From an uncultured Spirochaetales bacterium (GTDB lineage: Bacteria > Spirochaetota > Spirochaetia > JABMQR01): 64,000 bases of DNA. A model generated the notes under the pieces. The model ran no database searches. It was not told the origin of the DNA and worked only from the letters and a program-made list of their open reading frames with translations. Each line of letters begins with the position of its first letter. Positions within the stretch are counted from its first letter, which is position 1. This document shows positions 47,617 through 57,388 of the stretch, in pieces. The stretch spans positions 20,992 to 84,991 of the forward strand of contig CAZMOX010000001.1 in assembly GCA_964567895.1 (NCBI GenBank), in the 5' to 3' direction. The position numbers were made by a program, and so were the translations under genes.

Positions 47617-49411
47617 ACCAGCCGTAAAAACACTTCACAACATATCAAGAAAACTCAAAAAAAAAAGGTTATCCAGGGTAAAAATCGAAACCTGTTATGA
47701 TGGTAAATCTATCAGGCTTTCCGGGAAAGTCCAAACCTGGCAACAAAAAGTTGAGGCAGGAAATGTAGCTGCCTCTCTTTCCCGAAAATGTAAGGGAATC
47801 GTAAATGACATCATCGCTGAATCAGTGCATGAGCCCCGGTTAAAAACACCCGGATCCGGCGATTTTGATAAAACCCTGGATGGTCTGTCGTATGATGCGG
47901 TAATAATCGGAGCCGGAGTAATCGGCTGTTTCATTGCGAGAGAACTTGCACGCTATGAATTATCTGTCGCAGTCCTGGAAAAAGAGACAGATGTAGCAAT
48001 GCATGCTTCCGGAAGAAACGATGGAATGATTCATCCCGGATTTGCACCCAAACCGGGAACCTTGAAGGCAATGTACAACAGCAAGGGCAACAGCATGTAC
48101 CCGGCAATAGCTAAAGAACTTGATATTGAGTATCGGCAATGTGGATCTATCCTCTTGTTTTCATCATCCTGGATGCGTCTGCTTGTACCGTTTATAAAAT
48201 ACCGATGCAGGAGAAACGGGGTTTCCGGAAACTACCGGTATATTACATGTATGCAAGTCCGGAACCTGGAACCTCATGTAACGCATAAACAGAAAGGCGG
48301 TTTTTATTTCCCCACTGCCGGGATTGTATCGCCTTTTCAGATAACTATCGCTTGTGCGGAACATGCAGCACAGAATGGTGCTGTTTTCCATAGAAATACC
48401 TTTGTAACCGGGTTTAAAAACCTGAACAGAAAAAACAAAAGGAAAATTACAGGAATTATTACCAACCATGGGATTATCAGGGCCAATGTTATTATCAACG
48501 CGGCAGGGATATGGGCAGATTACATTGCAGGTATGGCTGATGATCAATTCTTTTCCCTTCATGGAAGAAAAGGAACCGATGCAATACTCGATAAAAAAAC
48601 CGGCAGATACCAAAAGCATATAATGGCAATGCCGTCTTTATTGAAAACGTCGGGTAACCACACCCACTCAAAAGGTGGGGGGATAGTCGTTTGCATTGAG
48701 GGGAATACCCTGTTGGGACCTACAGTAGAGGAAATCCCGGATAGGGAAGATTATTCCACGCATAAAAATGAATTTATAAAACTGGAAAAGCATTTGTCCC
48801 TCAATACCCGGCTGAAAAAGAGTGATATAATTAACTACTACTCAGGTGTGCGTGCGGCAACATGGAAAGAAGATTTTATCGTGGAAAAATCTGAGCGGAT
48901 ACCAAACCTGGTTCATGCCGCCGGCATACAATCACCCGGCCTTGCAAGTGCTCCTGCTATAGCTGTTGATATCCGCAAAATGGTCCTGGATATCCTTTCC
49001 ACAGAAAGGGTCGAAAAAGTTGGAAAAACTGATCCAATTCCACTGAAACAAAACTATATTCCCAGCCGTCAACATCTGCCTGTTCTTAAACTCCTTTCAG
49101 ACGATGAGAAAAAAGCGTTAATCAGGAAAGACCCGCTTTACGGCAATATTATCTGCAGATGTGAGGAGATTTCTGAGGGGGAAGTCCGGGACGCACTCCA
49201 TTCATCACTACCGGCTGTTACCATTGACGGAATAAAACGGCGTACCCGGGCTGGAACAGGGAGGTGTCACGGAGGATTTTGCCTATCAAATGTCCTGGAG
49301 ATAATCAGCATTGAAACAGGAATCCCCCAGTCACAGATCACCAGAAAGGGTGGAGATTCAAGAATAATCATCCGGGACATTGGGGGAAAAGAGGGCAGAT
49401 ATGGGGACTGA
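47603..49411 (+). CDS. GlpA-like FAD-dependent oxidoreductase with C-terminal BFD [2Fe-2S] domain and a ~100-aa BON-like N-terminal extension. Paralog of 31088-32632.
   Basis: The motifs YDAVIIGAGVIGCFIAREL at aa ~108 and CRCEEISEGEV...GRCHGGFC match the first triad. The extension IETCYDGKSIRLSGKVQTWQQKVEAGNVAASL resembles a BON domain. Confidence 0.7.
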   Translation: MHPRKPAVKTLHNISRKLKKKRLSRVKIETCYDGKSIRLSGKVQTWQQKVEAGNVAASLSRKCKGIVNDIIAESVHEPRLKTPGSGDFDKTLDGLSYDAVIIGAGVIGCFIARELARYELSVAVLEKETDVAMHASGRNDGMIHPGFAPKPGTLKAMYNSKGNSMYPAIAKELDIEYRQCGSILLFSSSWMRLLVPFIKYRCRRNGVSGNYRYITCMQVRNLEPHVTHKQKGGFYFPTAGIVSPFQITIACAEHAAQNGAVFHRNTFVTGFKNLNRKNKRKITGIITNHGIIRANVIINAAGIWADYIAGMADDQFFSLHGRKGTDAILDKKTGRYQKHIMAMPSLLKTSGNHTHSKGGGIVVCIEGNTLLGPTVEEIPDREDYSTHKNEFIKLEKHLSLNTRLKKSDIINYYSGVRAATWKEDFIVEKSERIPNLVHAAGIQSPGLASAPAIAVDIRKMVLDILSTERVEKVGKTDPIPLKQNYIPSRQHLPVLKLLSDDEKKALIRKDPLYGNIICRCEEISEGEVRDALHSSLPAVTIDGIKRRTRAGTGRCHGGFCLSNVLEIISIETGIPQSQITRKGGDSRIIIRDIGGKEGRYGD

Positions 49412-50753
49412 GATTACAGGTCGACAACCTGAAAAGCAGTATGACATTCTCATAATCGGGGGAGGGCCGGCTGGTATGGCTGCTGCTGCTGCCGGGGCGG
49501 AACATGGTGCATCTGTTTGCCTTATTGAACGAAACAACAAATTAGGCGGAATCCTGAAGCAGTGTATTCATGATGGATTTGGGATTATTAAGTTTAGTGA
49601 GCGTTTAACGGGGCCGGAATACGCTTACCGATATAGAAACCTGGTGAAATCATACGGCAGCAAGGTAACAGTACTAACCTCCGCGTATGCCTCAGAAATC
49701 TCATACCATCCTGGGAAATCAGCCGTTTACCCGTTTACCACAGAGATAATAACAGCTCAAAATGGAGCTCTTTGCTTTACATCATCAAACTTGATACTGG
49801 CAATGGGATGCCGGGAAAAAAGTGACAGACAGGTTTTTATCCATGGTGACAGACCGGCCGGAATTCTCACCGCCGGACAGGCGCAATATTTTATTAATAT
49901 TCAGGGACTTATGCCCTGCAAACGCTGCATAATCCTGGGAAGCGGTGATATCGGTCTGATTATGGCAAGAAGGCTTGTTCTTGAGGGAGCTGAGGTAGAA
50001 GGAGTATACGAAATCCAGAACGAACCCTCAGGACTAAAGCGTAATATTGTACAATGCCTGGATGATTTCTCGATTCCGCTTCATCTCCAAACAACCGTAA
50101 CTGAAGTGCATGGAAGAGAACGGGTGGAATCAATAACCGTATGCAAGGTAGATGATAATCAAAAAGAAATACTGGGGACTGAAAAAACTATTAATTGTGA
50201 TTCTCTTATCGTCAGTGTCGGGTTAATCCCCGAAAATGATATTCTCAATTTCCCTCAGGTTTTACTTGACCCCCATACCGGCGGTCCGGAAGTAGACCAA
50301 AATATGCAGACAAGAATTCCCGGGTTGTTTTCCTGTGGTAATGCCTTACATGTTTGTGACCTTGTTGATTATGTATCTGAGAGCGGAGAGACCGCAGGGA
50401 CTTATGCAGCAAAAGTTTCACAAAATTCGGGGATTCCCAACAGAACTGTGGAAATACAATCCTCCGGAAACCTGACCTACCAGATTCCACACTTTATTTC
50501 TCTCCCCGACAGCATGAAGGAATCAGCACCCGCACAAAGCATACCGGTCTATTTCAGGGTCGCAAAAAGCACAGAAAAGGCTGAACTTGTTATCAGAAGC
50601 GGTAAATCTGTACTAGTACGGAAACGATACACTAATCTTTCACCTCCGGAAATGAAGCGGGTCGAACTTCCCCTGGCTGCTGTTGCCAAAGCCGCTCTCT
50701 CATCATCGCTGATTGAGTGCATCATGACAGATTTGGGAGAAATTGATGGATAG
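49401..50753 (+). CDS. FAD/NAD(P)-binding pyridine nucleotide-disulfide-type oxidoreductase. Paralog of 32629-33948.
   Basis: Shares ILIIGGGPAGMAAAAAGA and ILGSGDIGLIMARRLVLEGA with the first copy. The whole length is clearly similar. Confidence 0.7.
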   Translation: MGTEITGRQPEKQYDILIIGGGPAGMAAAAAGAEHGASVCLIERNNKLGGILKQCIHDGFGIIKFSERLTGPEYAYRYRNLVKSYGSKVTVLTSAYASEISYHPGKSAVYPFTTEIITAQNGALCFTSSNLILAMGCREKSDRQVFIHGDRPAGILTAGQAQYFINIQGLMPCKRCIILGSGDIGLIMARRLVLEGAEVEGVYEIQNEPSGLKRNIVQCLDDFSIPLHLQTTVTEVHGRERVESITVCKVDDNQKEILGTEKTINCDSLIVSVGLIPENDILNFPQVLLDPHTGGPEVDQNMQTRIPGLFSCGNALHVCDLVDYVSESGETAGTYAAKVSQNSGIPNRTVEIQSSGNLTYQIPHFISLPDSMKESAPAQSIPVYFRVAKSTEKAELVIRSGKSVLVRKRYTNLSPPEMKRVELPLAAVAKAALSSSLIECIMTDLGEIDG

Positions 50754-51114
50754 CAAAGAAAAAGAAATTTTTTGTATACGGTGCCCGAAAGGATGCCTTA
50801 TGCATGTAATTATGCGAAAATCGGGTATAGAAGTAACAGGGGCTGAATGCAGAAATGGTATAACTTATGCGGAGTCGGAAATCATTTGCCCTGTGAGGCT
50901 GCTTACCACAACCGTAAAAACTGCTTTTCCCAGACAACCAAGACTGCCGGTTAAAACTTCAGGGGAAATCCCTCTTAGTAAGTTTCCTGAAGTTCTTAGG
51001 AAGGCTGGTGAAATACTTGTGATAACCGCTCTCCAGCCCGGGGATATAGCAGTAAAAGATATCACTGAGAATGGTATTCATCTTATTTGCACAGGAGGCA
51101 TCGATAATGACTGA
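50743..51114 (+). CDS. DUF1667 domain protein (paralog of 33932-34393)
   Basis: Contains CIRCPKGCLMHV. 123 aa. Confidence 0.65.
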   Translation: MMDSKEKEIFCIRCPKGCLMHVIMRKSGIEVTGAECRNGITYAESEIICPVRLLTTTVKTAFPRQPRLPVKTSGEIPLSKFPEVLRKAGEILVITALQPGDIAVKDITENGIHLICTGGIDND

Positions 51115-52666
51115 TATACTGCTCGTAATTGATTGCGGAACGCAAAGTTTACGGACAGTCCTGTTTAATTCTAAAGGAAAAATAATTGAGAAAGTGAAAA
51201 TTGAGTATGCTCCTTATACTTCCCCCAAACCTGGCTGGGCAGAACAGGATCCGGAAATTTTTTGGCAGTCCCTGGTTAAGGGCTGCCGCATCCTGAAAAG
51301 TAACCAACCGGAAATGTTTGCATCAATTAGCGGGGTCGGAGTCACAACCCTCCGTGACACCATGATTAATCTATCTGAGGATGGGACAGCCCTTCGACAT
51401 GCAACAACCTGGCTGGATACCAGAAAAGCTTCTCCTGTATATAAACCCGGTTTTATCATGCAGTCCGCATATTCCCTTGTCGGGATGCTGGGAACCATCC
51501 GTCAGATTATGGCCGAAGGGAAATTAAACTGGATCAGACAATACCAGCCTGAACTTTGGGAAAAAACATGGAAATTTGTCCAGGTCTCCGGATTCCTGAA
51601 TTTCCGGTTAACCGGCCAGGCAGCTGACTCAATAGCTTCGATGGTTGGTCATATCCCGGTTAACCATAAAAAAAGAACCTGGGCAAGAAGGGGTTCGTTA
51701 CTGGATCATATTTTTCCACTTGAGACTGAAAAGCGTCCGCAAATTGTTGAACCTGGAAAGGAAATTGGCACTATAACCAAAAAAGCTGCACTGGAAACAG
51801 GCATAGCTGCAGGTACTCCCGTTATCGCATGCGGCGCTGATAAAAGCTGCGAAATAGTAGGAATGGGTGTTCTGGAACCCGACATCGGATCCATCAGTTT
51901 TGGGACAACCGCAACTATTTCATTCTCAACAAAACGATACTTCTCACCAATACGGTTTATGCCTGCTTATACCGCAGCTGTTCCCGGCTACTGGGTCCCT
52001 GAAATTGAGATATTCCGCGGGTACTGGATGCTTCGCTGGTTCCGCGATGAGCTGGGATACGAGGAAGAGGAAGAGGCAAAAAGAGTCGGAATACTCCCGG
52101 AAGAACTTCTTAATACCCTTCTTGACGCAGACCCGCCGGGTAATAACGGTTTGATCCTACATCCTTACTGGAGCCCCGGTCTAAACGTACCCGGTGCCAA
52201 AGGCGCAATTATCGGATTTGGCGGGATACATAAAAAAAGCTCAATCTACAGAGGTATCATTGAGGGCCTTGGATATGCTCTGCGTGATGGTATGGAAACG
52301 TTAGAGCGGCGGGGAAGAATTTCCTGCAGCTCAGCAGTGGTTTCCGGCGGGGCAAGTCAGAGTGACAGAATTTGCCAGATAACTGCGGATATTCTTGGAA
52401 AAAACCTTATCCGTGGGGAAACATATGAAACATCCGCCCTTGGAGCAGCGATTATAACCTCAACAGGAGTCGGAATTCATGAATCCATTCCAGCAGCAAC
52501 CCGGGTTATGGTCCGCTATACCAGGAAATTCATTCCCGATAAAAAGAACAGTCAACTCTATGATCGTCTGTATAACGAAGTGTACCTGCAAATTTACAAA
52601 AAATTACGAAATCTGCATGAGACAATTCGGGATATAACAGGCTACCCGGAAAATAATCCGGATTAA
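51104..52666 (+). CDS. FGGY-family carbohydrate or polyol kinase. The start is chosen at MTDILLVIDCGTQSLR; the ORF track extends to 51071.
   Basis: N-terminal sugar-kinase fold (DCGTQSLR, PKPGWAEQDPEIFW) and C-terminal FGGY motifs (GGASQSDRICQITADILG, ETSALGAA). Confidence 0.75.
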   Translation: MMTDILLVIDCGTQSLRTVLFNSKGKIIEKVKIEYAPYTSPKPGWAEQDPEIFWQSLVKGCRILKSNQPEMFASISGVGVTTLRDTMINLSEDGTALRHATTWLDTRKASPVYKPGFIMQSAYSLVGMLGTIRQIMAEGKLNWIRQYQPELWEKTWKFVQVSGFLNFRLTGQAADSIASMVGHIPVNHKKRTWARRGSLLDHIFPLETEKRPQIVEPGKEIGTITKKAALETGIAAGTPVIACGADKSCEIVGMGVLEPDIGSISFGTTATISFSTKRYFSPIRFMPAYTAAVPGYWVPEIEIFRGYWMLRWFRDELGYEEEEEAKRVGILPEELLNTLLDADPPGNNGLILHPYWSPGLNVPGAKGAIIGFGGIHKKSSIYRGIIEGLGYALRDGMETLERRGRISCSSAVVSGGASQSDRICQITADILGKNLIRGETYETSALGAAIITSTGVGIHESIPAATRVMVRYTRKFIPDKKNSQLYDRLYNEVYLQIYKKLRNLHETIRDITGYPENNPD

Positions 52667-52681
52667 TAACAGGAGTAGAAC

Positions 52682-54451
52682 ATGGGAACCGGCACAGGCG
52701 AAAGAAAGCGATACAAAGGATTCAAACCTGAGTGGGAACAAGTACCTCCTCCGGAAAAATCATTCAGGTCAATTCTCAAATGGGGAAACCCTTTAGTCTT
52801 CAAGGAACCGAACGAGCGGCTTTACTCACTTTTAAAGCAGGTCTTAAATCTTTCTGACAAAGATTTTTCCGGAAAAATGAAAGAAGGTCATGAGCAAATA
52901 GTAGATTCTGTCCCCTGCTTATTACATCAGCATATTATTGACAAACTGACTGCTATTGTGGGTGTGGGGGAAAAAGGTTTTTCAACACATACTTACGACC
53001 GGCTCTCAGCTTCATATGGAAAAACAATGTTTGATCTCTTCCGACTCAGGGAAAAAATTATTGAGAACATTCCCGACATTGTATTATTCCCGGGATCAAA
53101 AAAGGAAATTGAGGATATTACCGCTGTTTGTGCTGAATATAGTGTACCACTCTATGTGTATGGAGGCGGTTCATCAGTAACACGCGGAACTGAAGCAGTA
53201 AAGGGAGGGGTAACCCTTGACTTGAGAAAAAACTTTAACAAAGTCGTGGAATTTAATGAAACAAACCAGACAATTACCGTTGAAGCCGGAATATCTGGAC
53301 CAAAGCTGGAGGAAGTCCTGAACAATGCGGAAAAGTTATTTAACGCAAAACGGTCGTATACATGCGGTCACTTTCCTCAGTCATTTGAGTACTCAAGCGT
53401 AGGCGGGTGGGTGGTTACCCGTGGAGCCGGCCAGAATTCCACCTATTACGGAAATATTAAGGATATAGTCTTCAGACAGTGGTATTCTACTCCTGTCGGC
53501 CCAATAAGCACCTACGGGCTTCCCGCTCATGCAGTCGGTCCTGACCTGGATGAAATAATGATGGGAAGTGAGGGAGCTTACGGGGTTTTAACCCATGTTA
53601 CATTACGATTTTTCCGGTATCAGCCGGAGAATCGAAAACGATTCAGTTATATTTTTCGAACCTGGGAGGATACTATAGGGGCTGCGCGGGAAATTGTGCA
53701 ACATGAAGCTGGTTTCCCATCAGTTTTTCGCCTTTCGGATCCGGAAGAGACTGATGTTATGCTTAAGATGTATAAAGTTGAGGGGACAATCATTGAAAGC
53801 GCCATGAATCTTTTCGGGTACAAACCTATGGAGCGCTGCCTTTTTCTAGGGTGGACAGAGGGAGAAAAGGGGTTCTCAAAAAACCTGAATCAAACCATTG
53901 GAAAAATCTGCAGAAAATTCGGCGGTTTTTATCTTACCGGCTACCCCGTTTCCAGCTGGGAACATGGGCGGTTTACCGATCCCTATCTCCGCGAATCCCT
54001 GCAGGATTACGGAATTATTATTGATACTATGGAGTGCGGAGTAACTTGGGATAGCATGAAGGATGTTCACGCCTATGTACGGGCATTTGCAAAATCCCGC
54101 CCGGACACTGTGTGCATGACACATATTTCACATGCCTATCCACAGGGAGCTAATCTTTACTTCATCTTTATCGGGAAATTTAATGATAAGGAAGAATACC
54201 TCGAATACCAGTCTGGAATTTTTGATAATATCCTTTCCAGCGGTGCTTCCATGAGTCATCATCATGGTGTCGGGAAAATGACAGCACAATGGGTTGAGCA
54301 GTCTGTTGGTAGTGAGCGAATGAATGTTTTCCGTGCCCTGAAAAATCATTTTGACCCGGATAATATTATGAACCCGGGAGGAACCCTTGGTCTGGATATG
54401 ACAGAAAAGGAGAGACGCAAACCTCGCTTTTCTGGAAAAAAGTGGGGATAA
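52682..54451 (+). CDS. FAD-linked oxidase of the alkyldihydroxyacetonephosphate synthase (ADAPS/AgpS)-like family
   Basis: 589-aa protein of the VAO/PCMH FAD-binding type. The C-terminal SHHHGVGK is characteristic of ADAPS homologs, not of GlcD, and an N-terminal LKWGNP resembles the ADAPS WNGWG region. Confidence 0.55.
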   Translation: MGTGTGERKRYKGFKPEWEQVPPPEKSFRSILKWGNPLVFKEPNERLYSLLKQVLNLSDKDFSGKMKEGHEQIVDSVPCLLHQHIIDKLTAIVGVGEKGFSTHTYDRLSASYGKTMFDLFRLREKIIENIPDIVLFPGSKKEIEDITAVCAEYSVPLYVYGGGSSVTRGTEAVKGGVTLDLRKNFNKVVEFNETNQTITVEAGISGPKLEEVLNNAEKLFNAKRSYTCGHFPQSFEYSSVGGWVVTRGAGQNSTYYGNIKDIVFRQWYSTPVGPISTYGLPAHAVGPDLDEIMMGSEGAYGVLTHVTLRFFRYQPENRKRFSYIFRTWEDTIGAAREIVQHEAGFPSVFRLSDPEETDVMLKMYKVEGTIIESAMNLFGYKPMERCLFLGWTEGEKGFSKNLNQTIGKICRKFGGFYLTGYPVSSWEHGRFTDPYLRESLQDYGIIIDTMECGVTWDSMKDVHAYVRAFAKSRPDTVCMTHISHAYPQGANLYFIFIGKFNDKEEYLEYQSGIFDNILSSGASMSHHHGVGKMTAQWVEQSVGSERMNVFRALKNHFDPDNIMNPGGTLGLDMTEKERRKPRFSGKKWG

Positions 54452-54550
54452 TCTTACGTAAAAAAAATTTGCTTCCATTAGCCTTCCATTACCCTTGTAC
54501 TGTCTTAAGATATTAAGTATTATCTTGGTTTATAACTTACGTTATATTGA

Positions 54551-55417
54551 ATGCAGAATTATTGCGTTTTTGCCTTACTGATGGGGGGACTTATAGCAGT
54601 GAGCGGGCTATCTTTCAGGCGTGCTGTGATAACGGGCGGTTCAAGTGGTATAGGGTTCTCAATAGCAGCCTGGCTTATTCAGCAGAATACAGAAGTTCTG
54701 CTGGTAGCCAGGGATCCGAAAAAACTTGAACAGGCAGCAACACACCTCACATCGACTTACGGTACAACTACCGGGGTCAAGACTCTTTCTCTTGATATTG
54801 CTGATCGTGCATTAGTTACAGAAAAACTGGGAAAAGCCTGCAGTGATGAGTTGGCCCCGGATTTGCTGGTTAACTGCGCGGGTTTGTCACATCCAGACTA
54901 TTTTCAGGAACTAGACTCGGATATTTTCGATGCAACTGTCAGGACAAACCTTACCGGGACCTGGAATGTCCTGAAAACCGTTGTACCGTATATGAAACAG
55001 GGAAGCAGAGTGGTGAATGTCTCATCTGTTGCCGGTCTTATCGGTACGTTTGGCTATACTGCTTATGCTGCCACGAAATTCGGTATAGTAGGTTTGAGTG
55101 AGGCTTTGAGAAACGAACTCTCCCTTAAGGGAATCCGTGTTTCTGTATTATGCCCTCCTGATACCCATACCCCCCAGCTTGAAAGAGAAAACCTGACAAA
55201 ACCCCCGGAAACAAAAGCTATATCCGGAAACGCCGGTATTCTGAAACCTGAACAAGTTGCACGGGCACTTTTCAAGGGACTTCGCAAAAATAGATTTATC
55301 ATAATACCCGGTTTTCAGAGTAAAATGATATATTTGCTGAAGCGTCTTTTCCCCGGAATTATTTATGCAATGATTGATATGTACGCAAAAAAACCCATAG
55401 GAAGTGATGATGAGTAA
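54551..55417 (+). CDS. short-chain dehydrogenase/reductase resembling 3-ketodihydrosphingosine reductase (KDSR). An acyl/alkyl-DHAP reductase is an alternative.
   Basis: N-terminal TM helix, then VITGGSSGIGFSIA...LLVARDPKKLEQA, which closely parallels the KDSR/FVT1 VTGGSSGIG...LVARN.KL. The catalytic YAATK is present. Confidence 0.55.
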   Translation: MQNYCVFALLMGGLIAVSGLSFRRAVITGGSSGIGFSIAAWLIQQNTEVLLVARDPKKLEQAATHLTSTYGTTTGVKTLSLDIADRALVTEKLGKACSDELAPDLLVNCAGLSHPDYFQELDSDIFDATVRTNLTGTWNVLKTVVPYMKQGSRVVNVSSVAGLIGTFGYTAYAATKFGIVGLSEALRNELSLKGIRVSVLCPPDTHTPQLERENLTKPPETKAISGNAGILKPEQVARALFKGLRKNRFIIIPGFQSKMIYLLKRLFPGIIYAMIDMYAKKPIGSDDE

Positions 55418-56636
55418 TAAAGAAGAGAATCAAAAAATATCTCCTGTTTTCAAAAAATGCTATGCTTTTGAGGATGCAAATGAGGCCCGGCAGGCCGGAC
55501 TCTACCCATTTTTTAAGCCAATCCAGCGGAACAGCGGGACTAAAGTGTATATTGACGATCGTGAATTACTGATGGCCGGCTCTAACAACTACCTGGGACT
55601 TGCAAATGACCCGCGGTTAAAAGAGGCTGCCGAGAGTGTTGTTGAACAATATGGAACAAGCTGTTCCGGATCACGTTTTATGAATGGAACACTTGATCTT
55701 CATGAACAGTTGGAGGTAGAGCTTGCAGATTTTGTCAAAAAAGATGCTGCTTTGTGCTTTACAACCGGGTACCAGACCAATCTCGGAGCCATATCAGCAG
55801 TGCTGGGAAAAGGGGATCACATAATAAGTGATAAATATAATCATGCCTCTATTATGGACGCAGTGTTCCTTACTACCGGGATGAAGCGAAATATCAACCT
55901 GCACAGATACAAACATAACAACATGGAAGAACTGGAAAGAATCCTGAAACGCATACCCAGGAACGCGGGAAAATTAATTGTAACCGATGGGGTCTTTTCC
56001 ATGGAAGGGGATATTACTGAACTGGTGAAAATACGGGAACTGGCAGATGCCTATAAAGCCGGCATCTATCTTGATGAAGCTCACGCAATTGGGGTAATTG
56101 GAAAAACCGGGAGGGGAACCTGTGAGCATTACGAAAACGACTCCCTTGCTGATATCATAATGTGTACCTTCTCAAAATCTTTCGGTTCAATCGGGGGTTT
56201 TGTTGCAGGAAGTGCTGAAGTGATAGATTATATTAAACACATGTCAAGGCCTCTTATTTTCAGTGCATCTATGCCGCCGGCTAATATTGCCGCTGCCCGG
56301 AAAGCACTTGAAATCATCAAGACAGAACCGGAAAGAGTTCACCGGCTCCAGGCAATTGCTAAAAAAATGATATCCGGCTTCAAGTCTATTGGTTTCAATG
56401 TAGGGACTGCTGTAACTCCGGTTGTTCCGCTTATTATTGGGAATAATGAAAAAACTTTTATGTTCTGGAAAAATCTGTATGAACGCGGGATCTATGTAAA
56501 CCCGGTTATCTCACCTGCGGTCCCGCCAAAAAGATCACTTATCAGGACTTCTTATATGTCCATTCACAAGGACGATGAGCTTGACTGGCTGCTGGAAGTT
56601 GCAGAGGAAGAAGGAAAGAAACTGGGAATTATCTGA
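55404..56636 (+). CDS. PLP-dependent alpha-oxoamine synthase, serine palmitoyltransferase-like
   Basis: The TFSKSFGSIGGFVAG PLP-lysine block matches the SPT TFTKSFG pattern rather than BioF or Kbl. The N-terminal GSNNYLGL substrate block is also present. Confidence 0.6.
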   Translation: MMMSNKEENQKISPVFKKCYAFEDANEARQAGLYPFFKPIQRNSGTKVYIDDRELLMAGSNNYLGLANDPRLKEAAESVVEQYGTSCSGSRFMNGTLDLHEQLEVELADFVKKDAALCFTTGYQTNLGAISAVLGKGDHIISDKYNHASIMDAVFLTTGMKRNINLHRYKHNNMEELERILKRIPRNAGKLIVTDGVFSMEGDITELVKIRELADAYKAGIYLDEAHAIGVIGKTGRGTCEHYENDSLADIIMCTFSKSFGSIGGFVAGSAEVIDYIKHMSRPLIFSASMPPANIAAARKALEIIKTEPERVHRLQAIAKKMISGFKSIGFNVGTAVTPVVPLIIGNNEKTFMFWKNLYERGIYVNPVISPAVPPKRSLIRTSYMSIHKDDELDWLLEVAEEEGKKLGII

Positions 56637-56683
56637 GGAATCCTTTTTAGAGATTTAAAGGTTGAATTTGTTTTCTTTGTTGG

Positions 56684-57388
56684 CTAATGAAGATAAACAC
56701 AAATATATTTTGCAAAATCCCGGCTCAAGCTGTTTAATTCTCCGGTTTTTTTGGAAATAAGAGTAATAGTATCATCCAGTACTTCAGAAATCTCATATAT
56801 CATTCCCGGCATAACACCAATCTCAAAGCAAGTGTGAAGAAGCCCCGGAATCCGTTCTCCTTCCTCAGTAATTCGAACAATCTTCACTATTTCTCCCGGT
56901 TTCGCCTTTGTAAGTCGGGGAGCGTTGAGAATCACTGCTGCATCAGGATTATCCGGAAACGGGTTGCCGTGGGGACATGTCTTGGGAAAATCCAGATATT
57001 TATCCAAATGATTAATAAAATCCGGGGAAACCTTATCCTGCAAATGCTCTGCTTCGTTATCTGAAAGCTCCCAGGGGAACTGAAGTTTCTTAACCATGAG
57101 GTATTCCAGCAAATAGTGTCTTTTAAGAAGTTCTTCTGCCAGTAATTTTCCGTCAACACACAGGTTTATCATCCCATATTTGTCCTGTTCGACAAAATTG
57201 AGTTTTTTCAGGCGCAAAATTGCTTGGGATACAGCCGAAGCCGAAACTCCAATATGCTCGGCAAGCCTTTTATTATTACAATAGAAATAATCCCGTAAAA
57301 TCAGGTAGATTTGAGTAATATACTCTGATGCAGCGGGATACTTTTTCGTTAGCTCGTTTATTGTTAAGCTCATTCTGTACTTTATCAT
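56684..57388 (-). CDS. DtxR/MntR-family metal-dependent transcriptional regulator with C-terminal FeoA/SH3-like domain
   Basis: HTH at the N-terminus, metal-site CPHGNPFP, and a C-terminal FeoA-like domain. Confidence 0.75.
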   Translation of the reverse strand: MIKYRMSLTINELTKKYPAASEYITQIYLILRDYFYCNNKRLAEHIGVSASAVSQAILRLKKLNFVEQDKYGMINLCVDGKLLAEELLKRHYLLEYLMVKKLQFPWELSDNEAEHLQDKVSPDFINHLDKYLDFPKTCPHGNPFPDNPDAAVILNAPRLTKAKPGEIVKIVRITEEGERIPGLLHTCFEIGVMPGMIYEISEVLDDTITLISKKTGELNSLSRDFAKYICVYLH

